Of a stretch of DNA of 64,000 nt, positions 38,341 to 49,740 are shown one piece after another (position 1 is the stretch's first letter; every line of letters begins with the position of its first letter). Made by a program: the position numbers and the translations under genes. The notes beneath the pieces are model-generated. The model had not been told where the DNA came from. It saw only the letters and a program-made list of their open reading frames with translations, and searched no databases. Source of the DNA: Flavobacteriaceae bacterium (lineage in GTDB: Bacteria; Bacteroidota; Bacteroidia; Flavobacteriales; Flavobacteriaceae). Location: the NCBI GenBank assembly GCA_965658355.1, contig CBFHRX010000001.1:4637-68636 (forward strand). The letters are read 5' to 3'.

Positions 38341-39768
38341 CTAGAGCGTTAATTTCTGGTTGAGGTCTTCCACATATTTGCGGAATTGTTTGTCCGTGAA
38401 ACTTAAATTGTCAACAGTTTTACAGGCATGCAGAACCGTGGCATGGTCTCTTTTTCCAATTTGTGTTCCAATACTAGCAAGGGAAGCTTTGGTGAATTTC
38501 TTTGCAAAATACATGGCCAATTGTCTTGCTTGTACAATATGTCTTTTTCGTGTTTTGGACTGTAGGGTCTCCACATCCATTTGAAAATAGTCAGAGACCA
38601 CCTTTTGGATATAGTCGATAGAGACTTCTCTTTTAGTGTTCTTAACGAATTTATTGACAATCTCTTTGGCCAATTCAAGGGTAATCTCCACTTTATTGAA
38701 GGAGGATTGTGCAATTAATGAGATAATGGCACCTTCCAGTTCCCGAACATTGGATTTTATGTTTTTAGCAACGAATTCTATGATCTCATCTGACATGACA
38801 ACCCCGTCTCTGAAAAGTTTGTTTTTTACAATAGAGACCCTTGTTTCGAAATTGGGAACCTGAAGCTCTGCTGACAAGCCCCACTTAAAACGAGAGAGCA
38901 ACCTTTGTTCGATATCTTGCATATCGATAGGCGCTTTATCAGAGGTAATGATTACCTGCTTCCCGTTTTGATGGAGGTGGTTGAAAATATGGAAAAACAC
39001 ATCTTGAGTACCTGATTTTCCACTTAAGAACTGAACATCGTCAATGATAAGCACATCAATGAGTTGGTAGAAATGAATAAAATCATTCCGCGTATTTTTC
39101 TTGACGGATTCTATGTACTGCTGGGTAAACTTTTCAGCAGAGATATACAAGACCGTTTTGTCTGGATATTTTTCTTTAATATCAACTCCAATGGCGTGCG
39201 CAAGATGTGTTTTACCAAGTCCTACACCCCCGAAAATAAGCAAAGGATTAAATGAGGTACCCCCTGGTTTTGTAGCTACTGCCAAACCAGCAGATCGCGC
39301 TAAACGATTGGAATCTCCTTCTAGGAAATTATCAAAGCTGTAATTTGGGTTTAGTTGTGATTCAATCTGTAAATTTCGAATCCCAGGAATGACAAAAGGA
39401 TTTTTTAATTCACTATTAAAAGTACTAAGGGGGGCTTCTACTTGTTGTGTTTTCGAAGCTGTTTTTGGATTTGAAGGGATGCTTTCAGTATGGGGTTGTT
39501 TATTTCCATACGTATTCTCCATTCGAATCACGTAAACCAAACTTGCCTCTTTTCCAAGTTCTTTTGTAAGAGAAGATTTTAAGAGCTTTACGTAATGCTC
39601 CTCTAACCATTCATAGAAAAACTTACTGGGTACTTGTATGCTCAAAACATTTCCTTCAAGCTTTACAGGTACTATAGGATTAAACCAAGTTTTATAGGCT
39701 TGAGGTTGAATGTTGTCTTTGATATAAGACATACAATTTTCCCAAACTTGATCAGCAGTGTTTCCCAT
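38341..39768 (-). CDS. dnaA: chromosomal replication initiator protein DnaA
   Basis: Walker A GGVGLGKTHL, IIDDVQFL, the sensor region, and a C-terminal DNA-binding helix (IGKRDHATVLHACK). 475 aa. Confidence 0.97.
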   Translation of the reverse strand: MGNTADQVWENCMSYIKDNIQPQAYKTWFNPIVPVKLEGNVLSIQVPSKFFYEWLEEHYVKLLKSSLTKELGKEASLVYVIRMENTYGNKQPHTESIPSNPKTASKTQQVEAPLSTFNSELKNPFVIPGIRNLQIESQLNPNYSFDNFLEGDSNRLARSAGLAVATKPGGTSFNPLLIFGGVGLGKTHLAHAIGVDIKEKYPDKTVLYISAEKFTQQYIESVKKNTRNDFIHFYQLIDVLIIDDVQFLSGKSGTQDVFFHIFNHLHQNGKQVIITSDKAPIDMQDIEQRLLSRFKWGLSAELQVPNFETRVSIVKNKLFRDGVVMSDEIIEFVAKNIKSNVRELEGAIISLIAQSSFNKVEITLELAKEIVNKFVKNTKREVSIDYIQKVVSDYFQMDVETLQSKTRKRHIVQARQLAMYFAKKFTKASLASIGTQIGKRDHATVLHACKTVDNLSFTDKQFRKYVEDLNQKLTL

Positions 39769-39886
39769 TCTTTTTAAGGAGAGTTGTGTTTTTCTAATTA
39801 ATTTACTCGTCCGACAAATATCTATGGTTTTTTTTTATTAAAAAATTCAATCTGCTATTGAAATTTAATTTTTTTTTTATCAAATT

Positions 39887-40348
39887 ATGACTCCACAGAA
39901 TGCTAAACATTATTCCAAAAAGAATAAACAATATTTCAAAGAATTGACTTATATAACAAAACCTATTCGCGTGCGCTATTCTGACACTGACCAAATGGGG
40001 TATATGCACCATAGTAACTATTTGCGTTTTTTTGAAATTGCACGTCTTGAATGGTTACAGGTATTGGGTATTTCCTATCAAAAGATGGAAAAAGAAGGGG
40101 TTTGGCTTCCGGTAGTTTCAGCAGACACTCACTATAAGTCCCCTGCTTTTTTTGAGGATGAGTTAGTGGTTCACGTAAGCTTAGATAAACCCCCAACAGC
40201 GGCTTTATTTTTTTCGTACACGATCTACAATCAGAACCAAGTATTGGTCTGCAGTGGCACCACTAAATTGGCTTTTTTAGACGCTGCTAGACAACGCCCC
40301 ATGCGCTGCCCTAAAGCGTTGTTTGAAGTACTGCATCCGCTTTGTTAA
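39887..40348 (+). CDS. YbgC/4HBT-family acyl-CoA thioesterase
   Basis: Hotdog motif VRYSDTDQMGYMHHSNYLRFFEIAR. 153 aa; the true start may be downstream. Confidence 0.8.
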   Translation: MTPQNAKHYSKKNKQYFKELTYITKPIRVRYSDTDQMGYMHHSNYLRFFEIARLEWLQVLGISYQKMEKEGVWLPVVSADTHYKSPAFFEDELVVHVSLDKPPTAALFFSYTIYNQNQVLVCSGTTKLAFLDAARQRPMRCPKALFEVLHPLC

Positions 40349-41366
40349 AAGACCACAATTCGTCTGTCTTTAGCGGGATTATTTTAGTGGGTATTCTGTC
40401 TAATCGAGGCCCTTTTATTCCTGTTTTAAGTTCTTTGTTCGTTTTCAATAGTCTTACTTCGTCCCATAAAGAAGCATCGATAAACTGTTGAAGTGTATAC
40501 GCTCCTCCTTCTAGTAATACAGATTGAATATTTTGACGATATAAATACCTAAGTAAGGCAGGCATATCAAATTGATTGCTGTCTGCTGAAAAAGGAACTT
40601 TACTTGATGTAATATGGAGACTTCTTTTGTTTTGATAGAGTTGATCGGATTTATGGAGCCTCTCTTTGGGGTCAAGTAGTATGGGAATGGGGCTGTTTCC
40701 GGTCCATTTCCTCACGTTTAATTTGGGGTTGTCAGCTTTAACGGTATTGATTCCTATCAGTATGGCTTGCTCTTCACTTCTCCATTGATGAACGCGCTGT
40801 TGTGAAAATGAATCCGAAAGCCAGAATACGCCTCGTTCTTGATCATTATTTTGAGGGGCGATAAATCCTTCTTTACTCTCCGCCCATTTTAATATTATAT
40901 AAGGACGTTTTTTTCGATGAAACATAAAAAAACGCTTGTTGACACTATCACATTCCTTCTGTAAAAGGCTGATGCTAACTTCACAGCCATTCTCTCGTAG
41001 GCGTTGAATACCTTTTCCGGCCACTAATGGGTTAGGGTCCACAGCACCCACAACGACTCTTTTAATTTGATGTTTTAGAATCAAATCTACACATGGAGGA
41101 GTCTTTCCGTGATGATTACAGGGTTCAAGATTCACATAAAGAGTGGCTTGTGAGAGGCTTGATTGGTCCCTCACATTTCTGATGGCATTTACTTCGGCAT
41201 GAGCTTCACCCGCTTTTTGATGCCAGCCTTCGCCAATTATTTTGTCATTTAAAGTGATGACGCACCCCACCAAAGGATTTGGATAGGTGTTGCCCAATCC
41301 TTTTTGGGCCAGTTGCAAACAACGTTGCATGAAAATTTCATCAGAATGCTGTAATTTCGTAGTCAA
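40311..41366 (-). CDS. ribD: bifunctional diaminohydroxyphosphoribosylaminopyrimidine deaminase / 5-amino-6-(5-phosphoribosylamino)uracil reductase
   Basis: Deaminase zinc motifs HAEVNA and PCNHHGKTPPC, with a reductase C-terminal half. The start (TTG 41366 or ATG 41330) is uncertain. Confidence 0.92.
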   Translation of the reverse strand: MTTKLQHSDEIFMQRCLQLAQKGLGNTYPNPLVGCVITLNDKIIGEGWHQKAGEAHAEVNAIRNVRDQSSLSQATLYVNLEPCNHHGKTPPCVDLILKHQIKRVVVGAVDPNPLVAGKGIQRLRENGCEVSISLLQKECDSVNKRFFMFHRKKRPYIILKWAESKEGFIAPQNNDQERGVFWLSDSFSQQRVHQWRSEEQAILIGINTVKADNPKLNVRKWTGNSPIPILLDPKERLHKSDQLYQNKRSLHITSSKVPFSADSNQFDMPALLRYLYRQNIQSVLLEGGAYTLQQFIDASLWDEVRLLKTNKELKTGIKGPRLDRIPTKIIPLKTDELWSFNKADAVLQTTL

Positions 41367-41400
41367 AATATTGAATTCTAGCGGTAAAATTACTCAACTA

Positions 41401-41883
41401 ATGCAAATGACCCTACGAACTATTCAAAATAAAGACAATAAAGAGTTAGCACGACTCCTTCGTTCTGTATTGGTAGAAATGGGTGTTCCCAAAACGGGTA
41501 CTGCTTATGAAGATCCGGAGCTGGATCATATGTACGAAGCCTATCAGGACCCTAAAAGTGCCTATTTTGTGATCGAATTGGATGGAAAGTTAGTTGGGGC
41601 AGCGGGGATAAGCCCCCTTAGAAACGGTCCAAAAGCGGTTTGCGAACTTCAAAAAATGTATTTCAGCCCAAAAGCAAGGGGGAAAGGCTGGGGAGACCAA
41701 ATGATTGAACATTGTATGACGTTTGCCAAAGCGCAAGGATTTGAACAGTGTTATATTGAAACCATGCCCTACATGAAAGCGGCGCAAAAATTATATATCA
41801 AAAAGGGATTTGAGTTTATCGAGGGCCCGATGGGAAATACGGGACATACGAATTGTTCCGTTTGGATGCTCAAAACACTTTAA
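41401..41883 (+). CDS. GNAT family N-acetyltransferase
   Basis: From the ATG at 41401: MQMTLRTIQNKD..., with KARGKGWGDQMI as the acetyl-CoA motif. The track start at 41287 would overlap ribD. Confidence 0.8.
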   Translation: MQMTLRTIQNKDNKELARLLRSVLVEMGVPKTGTAYEDPELDHMYEAYQDPKSAYFVIELDGKLVGAAGISPLRNGPKAVCELQKMYFSPKARGKGWGDQMIEHCMTFAKAQGFEQCYIETMPYMKAAQKLYIKKGFEFIEGPMGNTGHTNCSVWMLKTL

Positions 41884-42732
41884 ATGGATCTGATCAGCTG
41901 GCATAAACATTTCCAGAAATCACTCAAAGGCAAGCACTCTGAGCGCGCTATAACGTCTTTTTTTAAGCATCTATTGAAGGGTTTTTTTGATTGGGAACCC
42001 ACCACCTTGGGATTGTCTCCCCATAAAATTTTGGAAACATTCCAAGAGGAGAAACTAAAGAGAGCTTTGCAGGCGCTACAAGCTGACAAGCCCCTGCAGT
42101 ATGTAGTGGGGTTTTCAAACTTTATGGAGTTGCCGTTAGAAGTGACCCCCGCTACCTTGATACCAAGACCTGAAACGGAGGAGTTGGTCAGTTGGATTTT
42201 AGAAGAATATGAGGATGCTGCTGCTAAAATAATGGCATTGGATATGTGTACAGGGAGTGGTGCTATAGCATTGGCGTTAAAACACTACAAACCGAATTGG
42301 GCGATAGAAGGCTATGATGTTTCAAGGGATGCATTGGCAGTAGCTAAAAAAAATGCCTCCACTCTTCAGTTGGATGTTCATTTTGGAGTCTTTGATTTAA
42401 CGGACTCTGCGTTTTCCTTGCCAAAGTATGATATAATAGTGTCCAATCCCCCTTATGTGAGTCCCGATGAAAAGCGCGAAATGGAAGTGAATGTACTTGA
42501 TTACGAGCCTCATTTGGCTTTGTTTACACCGAGTGACAATCCTTTGTTTTATTATGAAAAACTATTTTTACTGGCTCAAAAATCCTTGCAGGAATCCGGT
42601 AGATTGTATGTGGAGATCAATCCAAAATTTCACAAAGAACTCGAAAAAATGGCCCTCGCATTTGGCAGCAAAAGGATAAGAATGAGAAATGATATTTTTG
42701 GAAAACCACGCATGTTATGTTGTCAATTGTAA
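41884..42732 (+). CDS. prmC: peptide chain release factor N(5)-glutamine methyltransferase
   Basis: SAM motif LDMCTGSGAIAL and catalytic IVSNPPY. 282 aa. Confidence 0.9.
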   Translation: MDLISWHKHFQKSLKGKHSERAITSFFKHLLKGFFDWEPTTLGLSPHKILETFQEEKLKRALQALQADKPLQYVVGFSNFMELPLEVTPATLIPRPETEELVSWILEEYEDAAAKIMALDMCTGSGAIALALKHYKPNWAIEGYDVSRDALAVAKKNASTLQLDVHFGVFDLTDSAFSLPKYDIIVSNPPYVSPDEKREMEVNVLDYEPHLALFTPSDNPLFYYEKLFLLAQKSLQESGRLYVEINPKFHKELEKMALAFGSKRIRMRNDIFGKPRMLCCQL

Positions 42733-42757
42733 CTTTATCTCGTTTTTTTAGAAATAG

Positions 42758-44812
<2,055 letters not shown>

Positions 44813-44896
44813 TGTTACAAATACAACATTCAGTTGTAAAATTATATCATAACAACATTTATTCATTCTACTGAGGATGCAAAATTTACTTTTGAC

Positions 44897-45421
44897 ATGA
44901 AAATAATGAATTGGTTACGAGTACGTTTAATTCAAAAATCTGTGCGGCAACAATTCGCATTGCACGAGAAGAGAAAGGCTCAGAAGCCGAAAGCGATTCA
45001 AAAAATAATGGTGTTACTAAATAGCAATTCTTCTATAAGTGCTAGTACAATAGAACGAGATCTTAGGCAAAATGGCTTTGATAAAGCTTCTATTTCAGTC
45101 GTCGTGTTTGAGGCTAACATGACCGCATCCAATGAAGAATCGGATTCATCATTTGGGCCTGGTGATTTCTCGCTTTTAGGAACCCCTCTTTCAACAGTAG
45201 AATCGTATTTCAATAAACCCTACGATTTGTTGATTAATTATTTCAAAGAGGATTATCCCTACTTGCAGCTGGTTTCTTTGAAAACAAAAGCTGATTTCAG
45301 GGTTGGATTTCCACAGGTAGACAATCGTTTAAACGATCTAATGTTCCATGTACCTGAAACGGATTCCCACTTATTTTGTAAGCAAATGCATACCTATTTA
45401 AACACTATAAACACTGCATAA
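44897..45421 (+). CDS. hypothetical protein (174 aa)
   Basis: ORF with coding-like composition. Its stop overlaps the dapA start (TAATG). No motif recognised. Confidence 0.6.
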   Translation: MKIMNWLRVRLIQKSVRQQFALHEKRKAQKPKAIQKIMVLLNSNSSISASTIERDLRQNGFDKASISVVVFEANMTASNEESDSSFGPGDFSLLGTPLSTVESYFNKPYDLLINYFKEDYPYLQLVSLKTKADFRVGFPQVDNRLNDLMFHVPETDSHLFCKQMHTYLNTINTA

Positions 45422-46305
45422 TGGACTTAAAAGGACATGGTGTTGCCTTGATTACCCCTTTTACACAAGATGGAGGAATCGATTTTATGGCGCTCGGGAA
45501 TCATATTGAAAGAATGATTTTGAATCAAGTAGATTACTTGGTTGTATTGGGCACTACCGCTGAAACAGCAACTTTAAGCGCCAAGGAAAAGAAGCAGATT
45601 CAATCCTTTGTTGTCGATACTGTAGCAGGTCGATTGCCTCTTGTAGTTGGAATAGGCGGAAATAATACCCAAGCAGTACTTGAAGAAATTGAAGAAACGG
45701 ACTTAACTCCCTTTGCCGCCATATTATCCGTTTGTCCGTATTACAATAAGCCATCACAAGAAGGATTGTTTCAGCATTTTGCGAGCTTAGCTAGAGGTAC
45801 TGATAAACCCATTATATTGTATAATGTCCCCGGAAGAACAATGTGTTCACTTTCCCCAAAGACAGTAGTTCGATTGGTCGATCAGTTTAAAAATATTGTA
45901 GCGATCAAAGACGCCAGTGGAGACCTATCACAGATACACGATCTTATTCGTTTGACTCCTTCAGAATTTCAAGTCATCAGTGGAGAAGATTCGTTAGCCG
46001 TACCCACGATACTTGCTGGAGGTGTTGGTGTCATCTCGGTAATTGGAAATATGCTTCCAGAATTGTGCACTCAATTGATACATTCCGCATTGGATTCAAA
46101 AGTGGCAACTGCTTATCAACTTCAATATGCATTGATGGATCTTATTCACTTGTTGTTTGAAGAAGGGAATCCAACGGGTATAAAAGCAGCCTTGCATATT
46201 CAAGGCTATTGTGAGAATCGAGTACGACTTCCGCTAGTGCCCTCCTCTAAAGAATTGTATGAATCCCTTCAGCACGAAATAGCCCTATTGCAGGTCATCT
46301 CTTAA
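45421..46305 (+). CDS. dapA: 4-hydroxy-tetrahydrodipicolinate synthase
   Basis: GTTAE, YNVPGRT, and the Schiff-base Lys context IVAIKDASG. 294 aa. Confidence 0.94.
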   Translation: MDLKGHGVALITPFTQDGGIDFMALGNHIERMILNQVDYLVVLGTTAETATLSAKEKKQIQSFVVDTVAGRLPLVVGIGGNNTQAVLEEIEETDLTPFAAILSVCPYYNKPSQEGLFQHFASLARGTDKPIILYNVPGRTMCSLSPKTVVRLVDQFKNIVAIKDASGDLSQIHDLIRLTPSEFQVISGEDSLAVPTILAGGVGVISVIGNMLPELCTQLIHSALDSKVATAYQLQYALMDLIHLLFEEGNPTGIKAALHIQGYCENRVRLPLVPSSKELYESLQHEIALLQVIS

Positions 46306-46439
46306 AAGTATTCGGTTTAATTTCTTACTGCAATTGGACTTATGTAGAGTAGCGCAGCACTTTTAAAGCGTTAAATTGTAATCAAATATTGCTTCCGAGT
46401 ATGATTTACAGTACTTTTGTCAACTGTTTACGAAAGTAT

Positions 46440-47264
46440 ATGAAGCGAGTACCCCTACATTCCGTATCTGTCATTATTATTGCTCTTTTATTGGGGAGTT
46501 GTAGTGAGTACCAAAAAATCTTGAATGGAGATGTCATTTCGGACAAATACAAAGCAGCTGAGCAGTATTATAGCGAGGGTGAATACAACAAAGCCAATCG
46601 TCTTTTTGAAATGGTCATTCCTAGCTATAGAGGGAAACCTCAAGCCGAGCGATTAATTTTCTTTTTTGCAGACTCTTACTACCATACCAAAAGCTATTAT
46701 TTAGCGGCTTATCAATTTGAAAATTTTATTAAGTCGTATCCCAAAAGTGACCGTATAGCTGAGGCCTATTTTATGGCAGCAAAGTCGTATTATATGAAAT
46801 CCCCATCCTTTAGCTTAGATCAAGAAGACACTAAAACGGCCATTGAGAAGCTTCAGATATTTATGAACAACTATCCTAATTCTGAATTTGCTTCTGAAGC
46901 CAATACGATAATCTTGGAGCTTCAAACCAAATTAGAACAAAAAGATTTTGAGATCAGCAAGCAATACTACACCATTCAAGATTACAAAGCAGCAATCCAA
47001 GCTTTGGATAACTTCATTGGTGAATTTCCCGGAACAAAATTTCGGGAAGAGGCATTGTATTATAAATTTTTAGCTTCTTTTGAAATAGCGACTAATAGTG
47101 TGGCTAGGTTACAAGAAGAAAGGCTATTGGACTTGCAAAAATTGTATGAGTCCATACTGCAGAATTATCCAGAAACTATTTTTAGTGAAGACTTATCGGA
47201 AAAGATGAGTCGTGTCACTAAATTATTAGCACCCTATCAAACAGAAGAAAACATCACAAAATAA
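46440..47264 (+). CDS. bamD: outer membrane protein assembly factor BamD (TPR lipoprotein)
   Basis: From the ATG at 46440: a signal peptide with lipobox LLLGSC, then TPR-like repeats. It precedes rpoZ-coaBC, as is typical in Flavobacteriia. Confidence 0.8.
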   Translation: MKRVPLHSVSVIIIALLLGSCSEYQKILNGDVISDKYKAAEQYYSEGEYNKANRLFEMVIPSYRGKPQAERLIFFFADSYYHTKSYYLAAYQFENFIKSYPKSDRIAEAYFMAAKSYYMKSPSFSLDQEDTKTAIEKLQIFMNNYPNSEFASEANTIILELQTKLEQKDFEISKQYYTIQDYKAAIQALDNFIGEFPGTKFREEALYYKFLASFEIATNSVARLQEERLLDLQKLYESILQNYPETIFSEDLSEKMSRVTKLLAPYQTEENITK

Positions 47265-47274
47265 ACGTTGCATT

Positions 47275-47604
47275 ATGACTAAATACATGAATTCAAAAGC
47301 TTCCGTTAGTACTCAGACCTATAACAGAGAAGTAATTGAGGATCCAACAGAAAACATTTATGAGGCCATCTCTATCATTGCGAAGAGAGCCACGCAAATC
47401 AATTTGGATATCAAAGGGGAGTTGCATGAAAAATTAGATGAATTCGCTACTCATAACGATAGTTTAGAAGAAATCTTTGAAAACAAAGAACAGATTGAGG
47501 TGTCAAAGTTTTATGAAAAACTTCCCAAGCCACAAGCAATGGCAGTAGAGGAGTGGTTGAATGAGAAAATTTATCACCGCAACACAGACGAAGCGGAACA
47601 ATAA
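47275..47604 (+). CDS. rpoZ: DNA-directed RNA polymerase subunit omega (Bacteroidota long form)
   Basis: 109 aa. NIYEAISIIAKRATQIN resembles the omega core helix, and the gene sits in the conserved position between bamD and coaBC. Confidence 0.65.
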   Translation: MTKYMNSKASVSTQTYNREVIEDPTENIYEAISIIAKRATQINLDIKGELHEKLDEFATHNDSLEEIFENKEQIEVSKFYEKLPKPQAMAVEEWLNEKIYHRNTDEAEQ

Positions 47605-47607
47605 GCT

Positions 47608-48807
47608 ATGAATACGCTTAGGGGGAAAAAAATAATACTGGGCATATCCGCTGGGATTGCTGCCTATAAGACCCCTTTATTAGTACGCTTACTAAAAAAA
47701 GAAGGGGCAGAGGTCAGGGTTATTTTGACACCCGACGCGCATTCTTTTGTTACGCCCCTTACCTTATCAGTAGTTTCACAAGAAGAAGTGCTTTCCTCAT
47801 TCGTTGCTGAGGACAAAGATAATCCCGTGTGGAACGATCATGTAGAATTGGGTAATTGGGCGGATCTTTTATTAATTGCTCCCGCTACAGCCAATACCCT
47901 TTCGGCATTGGCACAGGCCAAATGCAACAACTTACTAATCGCTACCTATCTGTCTGCTACTTGTCCTGTGATGATAGCACCTGCAATGGATTTAGATATG
48001 TACGCCCATCCAGCTAATCAGAAAAATTTGAAGACACTCGCTTCTTATGGTAATTTGATATTGCCAGTTGGAGAAGGGGCACTTGCAAGTGGGCTTGAGG
48101 GTAAGGGAAGACTTTTAGAGCCTGACGAAATAGTAGCAAAAGTCAGGTTTCATTTTTTAAAGCGACAGCCCCTTGTAGGAAAAAAAGTATTGATTACGGC
48201 AGGGCCTACTTTTGAAAAAATTGATCCTGTTCGCTTTATAGGTAATTTTTCTAGTGGTAAAATGGGCTTTGAATTAGCTCAAAGAGCACATGAATTAGGA
48301 GCTGAAGTTCATTTGATTATAGGTCCAAACTCTTTAGAACTCGCACATTGTTCATTCGCAATATGTCAAGTCGTAAGTGCTGAAGAAATGCAAGCAGAAG
48401 TTTTCAAACTCTATCATTTAGTTGATTATGCCATAGCCGCTGCTGCTGTTGCGGACTTTAAACCGCTGACCAAAGCCACTCAAAAAATAAAAAAGCAGCA
48501 GACCACACCCGTAATTGAATTAACCCCTAATCCAGACATCCTGCTCGAAATGGGACTGTCAAAAAAAGGACAGTTCTTACTTGGTTTTGCACTCGAGACA
48601 GAAAATGCGGAAACCCATGCATTGACTAAGCTGCGAAAGAAAAATTTGGATGCAATTGTCTTAAATACATTAGAAGACGAAGGCGCCGGATTTGCAACGG
48701 ATACCAATAAAATTACCTACCTTTCTAAGGATGAAAGTAAAAAATCATTCACCCTTAAATCAAAAAAAGAGGTGGCCCGAGATATTTGGAATGAGATTCT
48801 ATCCTAA
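47608..48807 (+). CDS. coaBC: bifunctional phosphopantothenoylcysteine decarboxylase / phosphopantothenate-cysteine ligase
   Basis: Flavoprotein N-domain (ILGISAGIAAYK, PAMDLDM) and CoaB C-domain (GNFSSGKMG, AAAVADF). Confidence 0.95.
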   Translation: MNTLRGKKIILGISAGIAAYKTPLLVRLLKKEGAEVRVILTPDAHSFVTPLTLSVVSQEEVLSSFVAEDKDNPVWNDHVELGNWADLLLIAPATANTLSALAQAKCNNLLIATYLSATCPVMIAPAMDLDMYAHPANQKNLKTLASYGNLILPVGEGALASGLEGKGRLLEPDEIVAKVRFHFLKRQPLVGKKVLITAGPTFEKIDPVRFIGNFSSGKMGFELAQRAHELGAEVHLIIGPNSLELAHCSFAICQVVSAEEMQAEVFKLYHLVDYAIAAAAVADFKPLTKATQKIKKQQTTPVIELTPNPDILLEMGLSKKGQFLLGFALETENAETHALTKLRKKNLDAIVLNTLEDEGAGFATDTNKITYLSKDESKKSFTLKSKKEVARDIWNEILS

Positions 48808-49690
48808 TCTATTCTCTGCACTCTTTATAATAGTTGCGCTGCAATCAATAAAAGCGCAAGAATTAGAAGGTCAAGTTGTTGTCAATGCGGATTTGGTGGA
48901 TCAAACCAATCGGCAAATATTTGAAACATTAGAGCAGTCTTTAAATGAATTTATTAATACAAGAACCTGGACCCAGCGTGATTTTCTGCCTCAGGAGCGA
49001 ATCAAGTGTAGTTTTGTATTAACGCTGACCTCCTATAGTGACAATCAGTTTGAAGGGAATCTGCAAATTCAATCACAACGTCCCATATTTAATAGTAATT
49101 ATGACAGCCCGCTGTTTAATTACCTAGACAATGACATCAATTTTATTTATCAAGAATACCAGCCATTGGTTTACAATCCTGCCTTATTTCAGTCAAATTT
49201 AGTGTCTCTTCTAAGTTTTTATATTCATATCATACTGGGGTTAGATGCCGCTAGTTTTCAAGAGGATGGAGGGGCTTTTTATTTTAATCAGGCACAGAAG
49301 ATTGCCAATTTAGCGCAGCAGTCAAAATTAAAAGGATGGAATCAAAATGATGGAATTCGCAATCGTTTTTGGTTGATTGATTCCCTGCGTTCGAACGCAT
49401 TTAGAGAATATAGAATAGCCTTGTATGAATACCATAGACTTGGAATGGATCAAATGGTAGTTGCACCATTAGAGGCTAAAGAGACTATTATAACATCTAT
49501 AAACACTCTTTTTGACATGTACAATCGGAGGCCTAATGCCTTTCTTTTGCAAGTCTTTTTTGATGCGAAAGCACAAGAGATTGTGGAGGTCTTTTCTGGG
49601 GGCCCAAGATCCGAATCCAATCCTATGGTAACTCAATTAAGACGAATGGCCCCTTTGTTTAATTCACAATGGAAAGAAATCAAATTCTAA
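48791..49690 (+). CDS. conserved Bacteroidota exported protein (DUF4835-like)
   Basis: From the ATG at 48791: a signal peptide, MRFYPNLFSALFIIVALQSIKAQ. Conserved position between coaBC and recN. The family name is from memory, not a search. Confidence 0.6.
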   Translation: MRFYPNLFSALFIIVALQSIKAQELEGQVVVNADLVDQTNRQIFETLEQSLNEFINTRTWTQRDFLPQERIKCSFVLTLTSYSDNQFEGNLQIQSQRPIFNSNYDSPLFNYLDNDINFIYQEYQPLVYNPALFQSNLVSLLSFYIHIILGLDAASFQEDGGAFYFNQAQKIANLAQQSKLKGWNQNDGIRNRFWLIDSLRSNAFREYRIALYEYHRLGMDQMVVAPLEAKETIITSINTLFDMYNRRPNAFLLQVFFDAKAQEIVEVFSGGPRSESNPMVTQLRRMAPLFNSQWKEIKF

Positions 49691-49740
49691 TGTTTGATTA
49701 TGCTCCTTGTCTCTGCTATCTTTGATAAAAAATAATATCC

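Noticed and set aside
39803-40012. 69-aa minus-strand track ORF spanning the dnaA-upstream spacer.
   Set aside because: It is made largely of an AT-rich intergenic tract, with Phe/Ile/Lys/Asn-rich translation. It also overlaps the start of the well-supported thioesterase gene on the other strand.
41367-41400. Possible FMN riboswitch upstream of ribD. I also looked for leader or attenuator elements upstream of leuA (2265-2404) and thrS (29642-29697).
   Set aside because: The ribD upstream spacer is only 34 nt, far too short for an FMN element. The leuA and thrS spacers show no conserved riboswitch core, no Leu-rich leader peptide and no terminator/antiterminator pair that I could fold by eye.
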